From the UHGV virus genome UHGV-0371537: a DNA stretch of 64,000 bases, one strand, 5' to 3'. The notes beneath the pieces were generated by a model. The model was not told where the DNA came from and made no database searches. It worked only from the letters and a program-made list of their open reading frames with translations. Positions 36,592 to 46,084 of this stretch are shown here, in pieces; the stretch's first letter is position 1, and each line of letters opens with the position of its first letter. Both the position numbers and the translations under genes were made by a program. Source of the stretch: a virus.

Positions 36592-37335
36592 ATGTCACAA
36601 ATCTATCGTCTGTTTGGGCTGGATTTCACACCAGCTCGTCTTGATGTGAAACTGACCACCTTCGAACCAACCGGATTTGAAGTGGGGTGCGCTCTGGGGT
36701 TTAATCGCCAGGGTAAATCTGTCCGTGAACAAAACATCTTGGATGTCTTGGGCGTTGAGTGGGATAGCCCTACCGCCTTGGATTTAGAAGATCAGGTCAA
36801 GTATGGGAATCAAGAAATCGCAGACTTCTTGCGTGATGTCTTGGCTGGCTACGAACACGCAAAATCCCATGTGAAAATGGCACAAGAAGCGTGTCTCAGA
36901 CTATCACATTGCCTGTATTACCTTGGCCGCCACCGCAGTGATATGCAAATCGATTTCCCTGTCAATGTTCTGGAGCAATTCTCCAAGACTGAGTTTTACC
37001 TGGCGCAGGCTGATGGTGTGGTCATGAAAGCGAGTGATGTGTTCAAGCACACCGCGAACGTGTCCAACGGGCATTTGCTGGTTGGGTGTGATCAGGTTGA
37101 ACTGAAGATTGACCCAGACATGGAATATGACCAGAACACCTGTCGGGCGATTCACAATTACATCAGCGTGATTGTTGAAACTCTGTACAGTGCGATTGAA
37201 GAAGTCATGGCCACTGAACAAAGGGAAGAAGTGATTCGCAGAGTTCGGGAAAACGTCGAAGCCAGAGTGAAACTGCAGTTCACACCATCTGAATATTCAG
37301 AAGACATCCCCAACTTCTACTTGCTGGATAAGTGA
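36592..37335 (+). CDS. hypothetical protein
   Basis: ATG in context ctatatcATG. Confidence 0.5.
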   Translation: MSQIYRLFGLDFTPARLDVKLTTFEPTGFEVGCALGFNRQGKSVREQNILDVLGVEWDSPTALDLEDQVKYGNQEIADFLRDVLAGYEHAKSHVKMAQEACLRLSHCLYYLGRHRSDMQIDFPVNVLEQFSKTEFYLAQADGVVMKASDVFKHTANVSNGHLLVGCDQVELKIDPDMEYDQNTCRAIHNYISVIVETLYSAIEEVMATEQREEVIRRVRENVEARVKLQFTPSEYSEDIPNFYLLDK

Positions 37336-37448
37336 ATAAAACTTGTTTTCAATACTGACGTTGAAAGTTAATATTCACGCAAGTTCGCGCTCCGCTTGGC
37401 GGGGCGCTGTTTAACATGAAGGTGTTAACTTCTTTTCAATAAAAAGTG

Positions 37449-37477
37449 GTTTACATCTATGAAAAATGCAGTATATT
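37449..37477 (+). promoter_or_regulatory. T4-early/sigma70-type promoter GTTTAC-N17-TATATT
   Basis: Read directly: GTTTAC 37449-37454, 17-nt spacer, TATATT 37472-37477; about 70 nt upstream of ATG 37548. Confidence 0.55.
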
Positions 37478-37547
37478 ATGTTCTCACTACACAGTCAGAA
37501 CAGCAATATGCCGCGAAGACGGTCTTAATAACGAAAGGGTTTTTATT

Positions 37548-38444
37548 ATGTCATATATTCTTCATGTAGAATCTGGTTCTAAATTTGATATTGAAGGCAA
37601 AGACGTTGCGGCTATCCAGGCCGAGATCAAGGCCGCAGGCCTGCTGATTGGCAACGTTACCCTGCGCCGTATGGTTGAAGGTGCTCTTGAATCTGCTAAC
37701 GGCTTCGAACTCATCGAAGGTCTGAGCGAAGAAGAGCGACAGGAAACTCAGGAAGCTCTGGCGCAAGCACAAGAGCAGGCTGAAGCCGTGGAAGCACTGA
37801 ACGTAGCCGACACCGTAGCCGATGAAGCGCCGATTTCTGCTGACGCCACTTCTGGTATCGTTGTCGATTCTCAGGACGTGAAACCTGCCGAAGGTGATCA
37901 GGCGGCTGACACTGGCGCAACCACCGCATCCTCCGATGCTATCAAAGATGCCGTTGCCGAAGCCCTGAAAGAAGGCGATCAACCGTCCGACGCGAAAGTG
38001 AGTTCCCTGGCGTCTTCTATGCTGAAAGAAGCGGCGAAGGGTAAAACCCTGACACCTATGGCATCACAGGAAGAGCGTAAGCGCCGTCACACCAAACGCG
38101 AAGAAATGGTAGAAGCCGCTCGTGCGTCCAACCACGGTCCAATCCTGGCTGCCATTGAAGCAGGCGTCGTGCCGGGTGTGTTCCTCAGCTATGTTAACCC
38201 TGATATGCGCTGGTTCCAATTCCCAGTCACAGAACTGGCAGACCCAGAGAACCTGCATGCCCGCACTAACACATACGTTGACGTCGCGCCTATCGTTTCC
38301 GGCGGCTGGGGCTTCAGTCTGTACGTGAACGGCAAATCCTTCACTAAGCGTCAGAAAATCAAAGAGGCCGATGCCGAGTCTCTGGTGAACGCAATCAATG
38401 CCTGGTTGCCTCAGGCGCTGGCCGAAGCGAAAGCTGCTGCTTAA
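37548..38444 (+). CDS. acidic early protein (unknown function)
   Basis: Behind strong promoter GTTTAC-N17-TATATT; long Asp/Glu/Ala-rich low-complexity linker; terminator follows. Confidence 0.55.
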   Translation: MSYILHVESGSKFDIEGKDVAAIQAEIKAAGLLIGNVTLRRMVEGALESANGFELIEGLSEEERQETQEALAQAQEQAEAVEALNVADTVADEAPISADATSGIVVDSQDVKPAEGDQAADTGATTASSDAIKDAVAEALKEGDQPSDAKVSSLASSMLKEAAKGKTLTPMASQEERKRRHTKREEMVEAARASNHGPILAAIEAGVVPGVFLSYVNPDMRWFQFPVTELADPENLHARTNTYVDVAPIVSGGWGFSLYVNGKSFTKRQKIKEADAESLVNAINAWLPQALAEAKAAA

Positions 38445-38474
38445 TTTAAGTTCAGAATCTGTTCAATAGATGAA

Positions 38475-38505
38475 GGGGCTGCTATAATAGCAGCTCCTTT
38501 TGTTT
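38475..38505 (+). terminator. rho-independent terminator whose loop contains TATAAT
   Basis: 8-bp stem (one G-U), loop tataata, then ttttgtttatt. Confidence 0.6.
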
Positions 38506-38518
38506 ATTGGAGCAGTCT

Positions 38519-39184
38519 ATGTCCTACTCCCTCAAGGGGTTGCTCAAGCGCCCCGTCCACACATTCATTAAACCGCCTGTCGTAAAGGGGATATACCCGG
38601 CACGAGGGCAAATCTATTACGTCAAAGGCTCGAATGGTAGCGGTAAATCTACCGTGCCTTCCCAGCTGGCGGAGAGGGATCCTCAGGCGTATGTCGTGAC
38701 GCATGATAGCAAGATCATGCTGACGGTCTGTCCGTCATTCAACGTGGTCTGCATTGGCAAATATGATAAGTCAAAGTCCAAGGGGGTTGATTCTCTGAAG
38801 GATACTGAACAAATGCTATTCGCCCTGAGCATCGCCGATCTACCTGAATATCAGGTATACGATGTGATCTTTGAAGGCATCATCCCGTCAACACTGCTGA
38901 GTTCCTGGATTCCCCGCCTGACGCGCCCACCGCGCGAACTGGTTGTCCTCTTCATGGACACCCCTCTTGAAACCTGCATCGCCCGTGTTAAATCACGTAA
39001 CGGCGGTGCGGACTTCAATGAGAGCCTCGTGGTAGAGAAGTGGGGGCGCGTTCAAGACCACCGCCAGCGCCATAAGGGCTTGTTCCCTACGGTGGCCGCA
39101 GGTATGATGAAGTCTCACGGTCTAACAGTAGACCAGGCTGTAATGGCATTCCTCTGTCGTGATTTTGGGGATATTGATGACTAA
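38519..39184 (+). CDS. P-loop NTPase, kinase-like
   Basis: Walker A YVKGSNGSGKST (close to polynucleotide-kinase-type GxxGSGKST); ggag RBS. Confidence 0.55.
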   Translation: MSYSLKGLLKRPVHTFIKPPVVKGIYPARGQIYYVKGSNGSGKSTVPSQLAERDPQAYVVTHDSKIMLTVCPSFNVVCIGKYDKSKSKGVDSLKDTEQMLFALSIADLPEYQVYDVIFEGIIPSTLLSSWIPRLTRPPRELVVLFMDTPLETCIARVKSRNGGADFNESLVVEKWGRVQDHRQRHKGLFPTVAAGMMKSHGLTVDQAVMAFLCRDFGDIDD

Positions 39185-39749
39185 GAAATTGGTCTATGGG
39201 GTTGGTCACAACGACATGCCCTATGGCACAGCTACGGTAAATGGAAAGGCAACCGACGAATATTCTGCTTGGTCGGGGTTGTTACAAAGGGCGTATGATC
39301 CAAAATACCATGCCAGAAATCCGACTTATGTTGGTTGCTCTGTCGTGGAAGAGTGGCATTTTCGATCGAAATTCGTTAAGTGGTTTGGTGTGAACTACGT
39401 TAAAGGATGGTGTCTAGACAAGGATATTTTGAATCCTGGAAACAAAGTTTATGGCCCAGACACATGCATCTATGTGCCCGTTTGGATCAATACATTTGCC
39501 AATGATAGCGGCGCAATAAGGGGTGGTCTCCCAATAGGAGTTTCATTAAACAAGACAACCGGAAAATATCTTTCTCAGTGTAAATCCGGTGGTAAAGTGA
39601 TAAATCTGGGTTATTACGACGACCCCAAAGAAGCGCACGAGGTTTGGTTGAGATTTAAGCTAAACCTGGTTTTGGAAAGGAAGAAAGACATGGATAGTAT
39701 AGACCATCGTATTTATCCAAATCTGGTTCATATTTTGCAAAGTAAATGA
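39177..39749 (+). CDS. homing-endonuclease-like protein with AP2-like DNA-binding motif
   Basis: A+T-rich gene; KVINLGYYDDPKEAHEVWL resembles AP2/HNH_3-associated DNA-binding motif. Confidence 0.4.
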   Translation: MTKKLVYGVGHNDMPYGTATVNGKATDEYSAWSGLLQRAYDPKYHARNPTYVGCSVVEEWHFRSKFVKWFGVNYVKGWCLDKDILNPGNKVYGPDTCIYVPVWINTFANDSGAIRGGLPIGVSLNKTTGKYLSQCKSGGKVINLGYYDDPKEAHEVWLRFKLNLVLERKKDMDSIDHRIYPNLVHILQSK

Positions 39750-39765
39750 TTATTGGAGACCAATT

Positions 39766-40812
39766 ATGGAAATCAAAGCAATTAACAACAATGACATGCT
39801 GAAAAAGGCTGTCTTGGCTATCCGCGAATACGGGATTGAGTCAGACCCTGGCAACGCGGAGATTAACACGGACGGCACCCGCTTCCTTGATGGTGTGACG
39901 ATTACCGTGGATGATATCCGTGACCGCTGGCTGTCTGTTGAAGGTCGTAACTCATCGGCTATCGCTGCCATCGGCGAGACCTTCTGGGTTCTGTCCGGGC
40001 GCGATGACGTTCGCTTCCTGTCCCGTGTGTTGCCCCGCGCCGCCAACTTTTCCGACAACGGCCACACATGGCGAGCCGCTTATGGTCCGCGTCTGTACGC
40101 CCATGGCCAGCTGGATAGCGTCATCAACCGCCTGCGTAAGAACCCAAACACTCGCCAGGCGTACCTCACCATCTATGACCCGGCTCTGGATTCAGATGCT
40201 GGCCTGGCGAAGTTCAGCGAGAGTGGCGAAGCGAAGACTAAAGACATGGTGTGTAACCTGGCTCTGTTGTTCGCCATCGTTGAAGGTCGTCTGAACCTGA
40301 CGGTCATCAACCGCTCGCAAGATGTTCTGTGGGGTATGAGTTCAATCAATTTCATTGAGTTCTCTATCCTTCAGGAAGTGATTGCTCAGGTGCTGGATGT
40401 TGATGTCGGTCAGTACAAGCTCTTCTCCAACAATCTTCATTACTACAACAATGAAGTCAGCCAGAAGCAGCTGGGCAAGATCACGAAGGACACCAAAGTA
40501 GAAGCTGGGTTCATCAACTCCATGATTCACTTCAAGAACGTGACCAACCAGAACCATATCCGGAATCTGTTCACTGGTGTGCTTCATCATTGTGATATCG
40601 GTAGCCCTTGGGAAACTGTGGTCGCCCACCTGAAGGAATATGATGCTGATCGCGGCCTGATTGTACAGATGGCATACTGCCTGTATTGTAAGCTGAACGA
40701 CAAGCTCATCAACATGAACCTGATTCAGGATCATGGTCTGAACATCGCGCTCACCCATTCCCCGGTTGACCGCAAGATCGTTGATCCTAAGTTCCTGGAA
40801 GGTGCAGCATGA
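39766..40812 (+). CDS. thymidylate-synthase-superfamily enzyme, probable pyrimidine-nucleotide hydroxymethylase (gene-42 position)
   Basis: TDGTRF, catalytic-Cys region DMVCNLALLF, INRSQDVLWGMSSINF align to TS motifs (PCH..., YQRSxDVFLGxPFNIASY) but lack the PCH His; about 80-aa C-terminal extension. Confidence 0.65.
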   Translation: MEIKAINNNDMLKKAVLAIREYGIESDPGNAEINTDGTRFLDGVTITVDDIRDRWLSVEGRNSSAIAAIGETFWVLSGRDDVRFLSRVLPRAANFSDNGHTWRAAYGPRLYAHGQLDSVINRLRKNPNTRQAYLTIYDPALDSDAGLAKFSESGEAKTKDMVCNLALLFAIVEGRLNLTVINRSQDVLWGMSSINFIEFSILQEVIAQVLDVDVGQYKLFSNNLHYYNNEVSQKQLGKITKDTKVEAGFINSMIHFKNVTNQNHIRNLFTGVLHHCDIGSPWETVVAHLKEYDADRGLIVQMAYCLYCKLNDKLINMNLIQDHGLNIALTHSPVDRKIVDPKFLEGAA

Positions 40813-41378
40813 TGTACCCAAACCTTGAATTCTTTACGGGGCGCAAGCGCTCTGGTAAGGACTTCTGTTTGGAGTCCCTCATCAGCTATCACCATCTACA
40901 GGGCGATATGGATATCCAACGCCTTTCGTTCTCGGACGAACTGCGCCGGGTTGCCAACTACATCTACCCATGGCTGCCAGCGGAGGTAGAGGATGCCGTG
41001 AAGGACGTTCCTTACGTCCACCCTGATAACCCCAAGGGCTTAACCCCAAGGCAGATCTGGCTCCATCTCGGCAGCGATACGGGCTTGCGTTACGTACAGC
41101 CTGATCTGTTCCTGGCGTTCTTCAAGCGCTTCCAGCTTCCTCTGGTAGAGCAGAACCCTCACGTCCATTATATCGTGAGTGATCTGCGCACCCCTCAGGA
41201 ATATGAATGGGCGCTGAGTACGAAATGTCCTATCACCCGCATTTCAAAGGCCGACCGCGCTGGTATCATAGAGGACGATATAGAGGCTTTCATTGACAAG
41301 ATGGAAGTCGACTACGAATTCCTCAATCCATTTGATGGTTGGGCACCGTTCGTTAAATTCTACGGAGAACGTAAATGA
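40809..41378 (+). CDS. 1: deoxynucleoside monophosphate kinase (gp1-like)
   Basis: N-terminal FFTGRKRSGKD matches T4 gp1 FLSGVKRSGKD. Confidence 0.7.
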   Translation: MMYPNLEFFTGRKRSGKDFCLESLISYHHLQGDMDIQRLSFSDELRRVANYIYPWLPAEVEDAVKDVPYVHPDNPKGLTPRQIWLHLGSDTGLRYVQPDLFLAFFKRFQLPLVEQNPHVHYIVSDLRTPQEYEWALSTKCPITRISKADRAGIIEDDIEAFIDKMEVDYEFLNPFDGWAPFVKFYGERK

Positions 41379-41914
41379 TCACAGCAGGGCATATCAAAAG
41401 CCTGCTCGAACTCCAAAAGGCCACTAATGTGGCCTACTTTGGCGACGAGTGGCGAAACCACTGGACTGAAGTCGCGGTGGTGAACTCTGTATACCGCGAG
41501 TGGGCTGAGTTCCTTGACGAAGTATCCAGCAGCTGGAAGATATATGGCAGCGACCAGAAATGGCACCAGGTGAACGCGATTTACGAATTGGTGGACGTTG
41601 TTCACTTCATGCTGTCGCGTTTGCTACTGTCCAATCAGGCCATAGAAATTGAAATGCGTGACGAATACTTTGGTGTGGAAATTACTAAAGTCAATAACTT
41701 CAATGTCGTCACCACTATGTTCACAACGTTCATGACAGCACCGACCTGTCAGAATCTGGCGTACTTTATTGCGTATGCTTGTCCCTATTTGGGTATCGAC
41801 TTTGAAACCTACATGCTGGCACACAAGCGCAAGAACGATCGCAATCGTCTGCGTGCTGCTGGCGGTGCGGATTACGATAAGTCCGCCGAAACCCCTCTGA
41901 CCCTGGAGTTCTAA
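41375..41914 (+). CDS. 56: dCTP/dUTP pyrophosphatase gp56-like (all-alpha NTP-PPase)
   Basis: AIYELVDVVHFMLSRL resembles T4 gp56 FELVDIFHFVLNMF. Confidence 0.6.
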   Translation: MITAGHIKSLLELQKATNVAYFGDEWRNHWTEVAVVNSVYREWAEFLDEVSSSWKIYGSDQKWHQVNAIYELVDVVHFMLSRLLLSNQAIEIEMRDEYFGVEITKVNNFNVVTTMFTTFMTAPTCQNLAYFIAYACPYLGIDFETYMLAHKRKNDRNRLRAAGGADYDKSAETPLTLEF

Positions 41915-42456
41915 TGTTTACAGTCGTCGTTTCATATCATGCAGACAACGCGGCGAACGCATCCGCTAATTTCACCGAGCACATCATCGGCGGCGGCCAT
42001 AATGTATTCCTCACCGAATACACCAGGCCTGTTAAACCGGGCGACGGTCTTTCGGCGACTGTTACACACAAGATCGCCAGCGAAGAACCTGAATCTCTGT
42101 TCCGGATGATCGAAGAGTATGCAGGCGGCGGGGTAGAAATACCCGAAGCGCTGCTGGACGTGTACTTCGAAGGAGCGATCTATTACATCCACGCCATACC
42201 GAAGGATGTATCTACGGAGCAGTTGATGTATATCCTGAACATTGCGCTGAATTGTGCCTGCATCAACCGCACGAACTACAACAATCTGCGCAATATGTAC
42301 CTAACCGACCGACATAATGAAGCGGCTTCGCCTGTTGAGATGATGTCTCTGAAGAGCATCCAAGAGGCGGTCAACATTTTGTCCCAGAAGGTTATGGGTG
42401 TAGAATTATTAACGACGATCAACAATAAAGAGGAAGTGAAATGGCCAGTTCATTAA
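41914..42456 (+). CDS. hypothetical protein (occupies the position of beta-glucosyltransferase in T4)
   Basis: 180 aa; no recognisable motif; too short for a GT-B glycosyltransferase. Confidence 0.5.
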   Translation: MFTVVVSYHADNAANASANFTEHIIGGGHNVFLTEYTRPVKPGDGLSATVTHKIASEEPESLFRMIEEYAGGGVEIPEALLDVYFEGAIYYIHAIPKDVSTEQLMYILNIALNCACINRTNYNNLRNMYLTDRHNEAASPVEMMSLKSIQEAVNILSQKVMGVELLTTINNKEEVKWPVH

Positions 42457-43526
42457 TGGACCGCATGCTGAAGGTTGCCAAGAAACATGACGACCAGGCT
42501 TCAGTGCTGTCTCAATCCGAAGCCCTGGAACCAAAGATCATTTGTTCAACTGGTATTCCCCTGATTGACATCGCCTGGTCTGGACGCGTCGATGGTGGGC
42601 TGATCTCCGGCATCAAGATGATGGTGGGCGACTCCCGTACATTTAAAACGATGTTTGGTCTGGTAGACGTCAAGGCGTATATGGACAAGTTCTCTGATGC
42701 CCTGTGTATCTTCGCGGACTCCGAGAAGGGTGCCAACGCCGACTACTGGACGTCCATGGGGATCGATATGGACCGCGTACTGTACGTGCCGATTGACAAC
42801 GTTGAGCAGACCAAGATCCGCCTGCTGCAAATCCTTCAAGAAGTTAAGAAGGGTGACCATGTCATCATCTTTATTGACTCTATCAGTCAGCTTCCCTCCA
42901 CCAAGGAAGTTGAAGATGCGATCAAAGGCAATGACACCCAAGACATGACCCGCGCCCGTGCCCTCAACAGCTTCTGGCGCGTTATGACTCCTGAAATCAA
43001 CAGCAAAGAACTCGTGTGTGTTTGGATCAACTCATATTACGACGAGATCGGAAACCAGTATGCCGAGCCTAACATCAAAGGCGGCAAGCAGGGCTTCTTA
43101 TCCTCCAACCTGATCTGGTTCATCACCCGTTCGCAGGTGAAGGAAGACAAAGATCTGCTAGGTTGGAACTTCAACATCGGCATCATGAAAGGCCGCCATG
43201 TGAAAGAGAAAGCCAAGCTCCCTGTGACAGTGCTGTACGACGGTGGTATCGACCGTTGGAGTGGCTTGCTTGAGATCGCTCGTGCTCTGGGTTACGTTGA
43301 TATGCCGTCTTCCGGCTGGTATGTGCGTACAGCCAAGGGTGGCTTCGATCCTGAGAAGGAAAAGAAATACCAGAAGCGTCAGATGGATGATGATTTCTGG
43401 TATCCACTTCTGGAGAATGCCGACTTCGCCGATGACGTGAAGAAGATGTTTGGTGTTTCTAACGGTACTGTTATGCCTGCAAACATGCTGGAGCAGATGG
43501 ACCATGTTATCAACACATCCGAGTGA
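42441..43526 (+). CDS. uvsX: recombinase UvsX (RecA-like)
   Basis: IPLIDIAWSGRVDGGL, FIDSISQLPSTKEVEDA, DMTRARALNSFWRV, LYDGGIDRWSGLLEIA match T4 UvsX segments. Confidence 0.9.
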   Translation: MASSLMDRMLKVAKKHDDQASVLSQSEALEPKIICSTGIPLIDIAWSGRVDGGLISGIKMMVGDSRTFKTMFGLVDVKAYMDKFSDALCIFADSEKGANADYWTSMGIDMDRVLYVPIDNVEQTKIRLLQILQEVKKGDHVIIFIDSISQLPSTKEVEDAIKGNDTQDMTRARALNSFWRVMTPEINSKELVCVWINSYYDEIGNQYAEPNIKGGKQGFLSSNLIWFITRSQVKEDKDLLGWNFNIGIMKGRHVKEKAKLPVTVLYDGGIDRWSGLLEIARALGYVDMPSSGWYVRTAKGGFDPEKEKKYQKRQMDDDFWYPLLENADFADDVKKMFGVSNGTVMPANMLEQMDHVINTSE

Positions 43527-43528
43527 CA

Positions 43529-43833
43529 ATGGAGGGGGAGGCAACTCCCCCAATAACTACACACTCATCGACCTTGGTCCTGATCAGCTGGCGATCGTCA
43601 AGATCACTTCTGGCAAATTCCGTGGTGTTCAATTCCGGTTCGGCAAGGTTGCCATCAACGAAGTGGACGGTGAACCCCGTTTGTCTTTCGTGACTGATAT
43701 ATTGAAGAAACCATTGCGTCTGATGTTTGTGAATTTGAAAGAAAATGACTTGTTCACTGAGGTGTCAGGGGATATCCTTGTAGACCTTATGCAGCGTAAT
43801 GCTCAGGAATACAATAAATTTTTGGTGGGGTAG
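43529..43833 (+). CDS. hypothetical protein in gene-40 position; start/frame unresolved
   Basis: ATG 43529 two nt after UvsX stop is in a different frame from the long coding frame that ends at 43833; G5 and C5 runs in between. Confidence 0.3.
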
Positions 43834-43838
43834 TGCCA

Positions 43839-45263
43839 ATGTTACTCGAATCTGTCGTGCTTTCACAGTTGATTTACAATGAAGATTACCAAAGAAAGAT
43901 CCTGCCGTATCTGAAAGCCGATTATTTTGACAACGAAGGCGAAAAGGTCATATTTGGCCTGATTGACAGTTATGCCGCAGAGTACAATGCCCGCCCGTCT
44001 ATCGAAGCGCTGTCTATCATTCTTGAACGGACAAAGCTGAACGAATATGTGTTTGACCAGGCAGTATCTGCCCTGGAGAACATCAACGACAACACCTTCA
44101 ATGAAGAGTGGCTGGCGAAGGAAACGGAGACCTGGGCGCGGCAAAAGGCCGTACACAATGCTATCAAGACCGCCGTCAACATCTATGGGGACGAAAAGCG
44201 CAAGGATGAGATGAACAACATCCCGACCTTGTTGCAGGAAGCCCTGGCTATCCGGTTCGATTCATACCTCGGACACATCTATTGGGAGATGGCGGCTGAG
44301 CAGTATGACCATATGAACTCCAACGAGGCCAAGATCCCGTTTGCTGTTGAGATATTCAACAAGGCGACCCGTGGTGGTGTTGGCAAGAAGACCCTGAACA
44401 TCGTGACAGGTGCGATCAACGCAGGTAAGACAACAACTCTGATCGACCTGACTGCAGGATATGCTGAGCAGGGTTTAAACGTCTTTGTATTCACGCTCGA
44501 AGTGGCCGAGAACGTCTGGCGTCATCGCCTTGATGCCCGTATCATGCGCAGAGACTTTGAGTCCTTGGAGAAGCTCCCAAGGCACGAGTACATCGCCACG
44601 ATAGAGAAGCTCCGACACAAACAGGACGGCTCTCCCAAGGGTGATATCGTCATCAAGGAATATCCGTCTGGCGCAGGCCATACAGGTTTGTTCCGCCGCG
44701 ACATCCTTGAGTACATTCAGGCAACCGGGCGCTCCCCAGATGTTATCGTTATCGACTATCTTGGTGAAGCTGCTTCCTCGCGCTTGCCTGCTCACCTGAT
44801 GCAGAACACGAACGTCTATTACACGTCTGTGGCTCGTGAGTTTCGCGCTCTGGGTTTCGAATTTGACGTTCCTGTTTGGACTGGTATGCAGTTCAATCGC
44901 GAGAACCAGAACACAACAGATGGTAGTATCAGTGACCTGGCAGATGCTATCGGTATCCCAAAGGTCGCAGATTTCATCATGGCATTTTATGCTCCTGATG
45001 AATTGGCGGCGGTCAAGAAAGCCCGAGCCTCAATCCTCAAGAACCGTTATGCCAACAAGCAGAAGCTCAAGTCATTCCTGTTTGGTATGGACCAAGACAA
45101 GCAGATCCTGTTTGATCTTGACTGGAACGAAGTGAAGAAGGACCTGACTGAAACCGAGGCGAAGTATGTTGAGAATGTCCATATCAAACATGACCTCAAC
45201 AAGTCCGGGTCCACTGTCAGTGATGAGCAGAAAGCCCAAACAGTTAATAACTGGAAATTCTAA
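43839..45263 (+). CDS. 41: replicative DNA helicase gp41 (DnaB-like)
   Basis: 475 aa; Walker A GAINAGKTT; T4-like order uvsX-40-41. Confidence 0.85.
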   Translation: MLLESVVLSQLIYNEDYQRKILPYLKADYFDNEGEKVIFGLIDSYAAEYNARPSIEALSIILERTKLNEYVFDQAVSALENINDNTFNEEWLAKETETWARQKAVHNAIKTAVNIYGDEKRKDEMNNIPTLLQEALAIRFDSYLGHIYWEMAAEQYDHMNSNEAKIPFAVEIFNKATRGGVGKKTLNIVTGAINAGKTTTLIDLTAGYAEQGLNVFVFTLEVAENVWRHRLDARIMRRDFESLEKLPRHEYIATIEKLRHKQDGSPKGDIVIKEYPSGAGHTGLFRRDILEYIQATGRSPDVIVIDYLGEAASSRLPAHLMQNTNVYYTSVAREFRALGFEFDVPVWTGMQFNRENQNTTDGSISDLADAIGIPKVADFIMAFYAPDELAAVKKARASILKNRYANKQKLKSFLFGMDQDKQILFDLDWNEVKKDLTETEAKYVENVHIKHDLNKSGSTVSDEQKAQTVNNWKF

Positions 45264-45277
45264 GTAATTCAATAAAG

Positions 45278-45306
45278 CAGATCATAGGGTATAATTCTAT
45301 GATCTG
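45278..45306 (+). promoter_or_regulatory. perfect 10-bp stem-loop with TATAAT in the loop
   Basis: cagatcatag / ctatgatctg; loop ggtataatt; not followed by a T-run. Confidence 0.4.
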
Positions 45307-45328
45307 AATGTTAAACCAGGAGCACATC

Positions 45329-45664
45329 ATGTTACACAATGATTTTATGGCTGGCCTGGTGCAGGCCGCCAAACAGGTGTGCCACACCAAACAAGCGATT
45401 GAGCTGAGTCCGGAGCAGACTCTGGAGTTCTTTGACAATCGTAAAATCTGGGAGGAATATGGCATCGGCATGATCTGCCAAGAGGGTGAACTCGTACAGC
45501 TGGATCTGCCGTCATTCCCCCTTCCAGTGCGCACCAACACAGTGGAATGGTATACGACGGAAGACGGTGTTGAGATCATCCCGAAGTTCCAGTATCACTC
45601 CATCGTAAACTTCTTTTTACGCCGTCGTGGGGCTAATCTGATCCCACAAGGCATGAGATCTTAA
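45329..45664 (+). CDS. hypothetical protein
   Basis: ATG 45329 with aggag RBS (ATG 45308 lies just after a hairpin and lacks an RBS). Confidence 0.45.
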   Translation: MLHNDFMAGLVQAAKQVCHTKQAIELSPEQTLEFFDNRKIWEEYGIGMICQEGELVQLDLPSFPLPVRTNTVEWYTTEDGVEIIPKFQYHSIVNFFLRRRGANLIPQGMRS

Positions 45665-45679
45665 CAAGAGGAACAACAA

Positions 45680-46000
45680 ATGTCTGTAGAACAAATCGGC
45701 TTTTATGCACTACCGTCTGATCCTGAGTCTCGCCGCAAGCTGATGGGCGCGATTGAAAACTGCCGCGCCGCCCAGGTCCGCATCAAATCGGAACAGACCT
45801 TCATTACAGAAACCCTGGCCGAACTGGCGAAAGATACTGGCATCAAAGCCTCCGACCTGCGCAAGGTTGTGTCTGACCGTGCCAATGGCACCTACCAGAA
45901 AACGATCGAAACGAGCGAGAAGTATCAGGATCTTTACGAATCCCTGTTCCCGAACGCCAAGCCTGATCGTGATCCAAACGTTACAACGTCTGACGAATAA
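45680..46000 (+). CDS. hypothetical protein
   Basis: agagga RBS; terminator follows. Confidence 0.45.
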   Translation: MSVEQIGFYALPSDPESRRKLMGAIENCRAAQVRIKSEQTFITETLAELAKDTGIKASDLRKVVSDRANGTYQKTIETSEKYQDLYESLFPNAKPDRDPNVTTSDE

Positions 46001-46017
46001 GTTGACCAAACACCAAG

Positions 46018-46045
46018 AAGCCCAGTCAAGTACTGGGCTTTTTAA
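46018..46045 (+). terminator. rho-independent terminator
   Basis: aagcccagt-caagt-actgggctt then tttaattt. Confidence 0.6.
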
Positions 46046-46055
46046 TTTCAATAAC

Positions 46056-46084
46056 TTTACTTTCAAGAATAAAGCGCCTATTAT
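46056..46084 (+). promoter_or_regulatory. early-type promoter TTTACT-N17-TATTAT
   Basis: Flanked by TTCAATAA (46047-46054) and TATTGAAG (46093-46100). Confidence 0.5.

Noticed and set aside
43450-43528. GTG start at 43450 for the gene-40-position ORF
   Set aside because: It would overlap the last 77 nt of uvsX in another frame with no RBS; the frame problem is better explained by the homopolymer region at 43534-43551.
45308-45328. ATG at 45308 as start of the 45329-45664 gene
   Set aside because: It lies immediately after the stem-loop with no Shine-Dalgarno, whereas ATG 45329 has aggag at optimal spacing.
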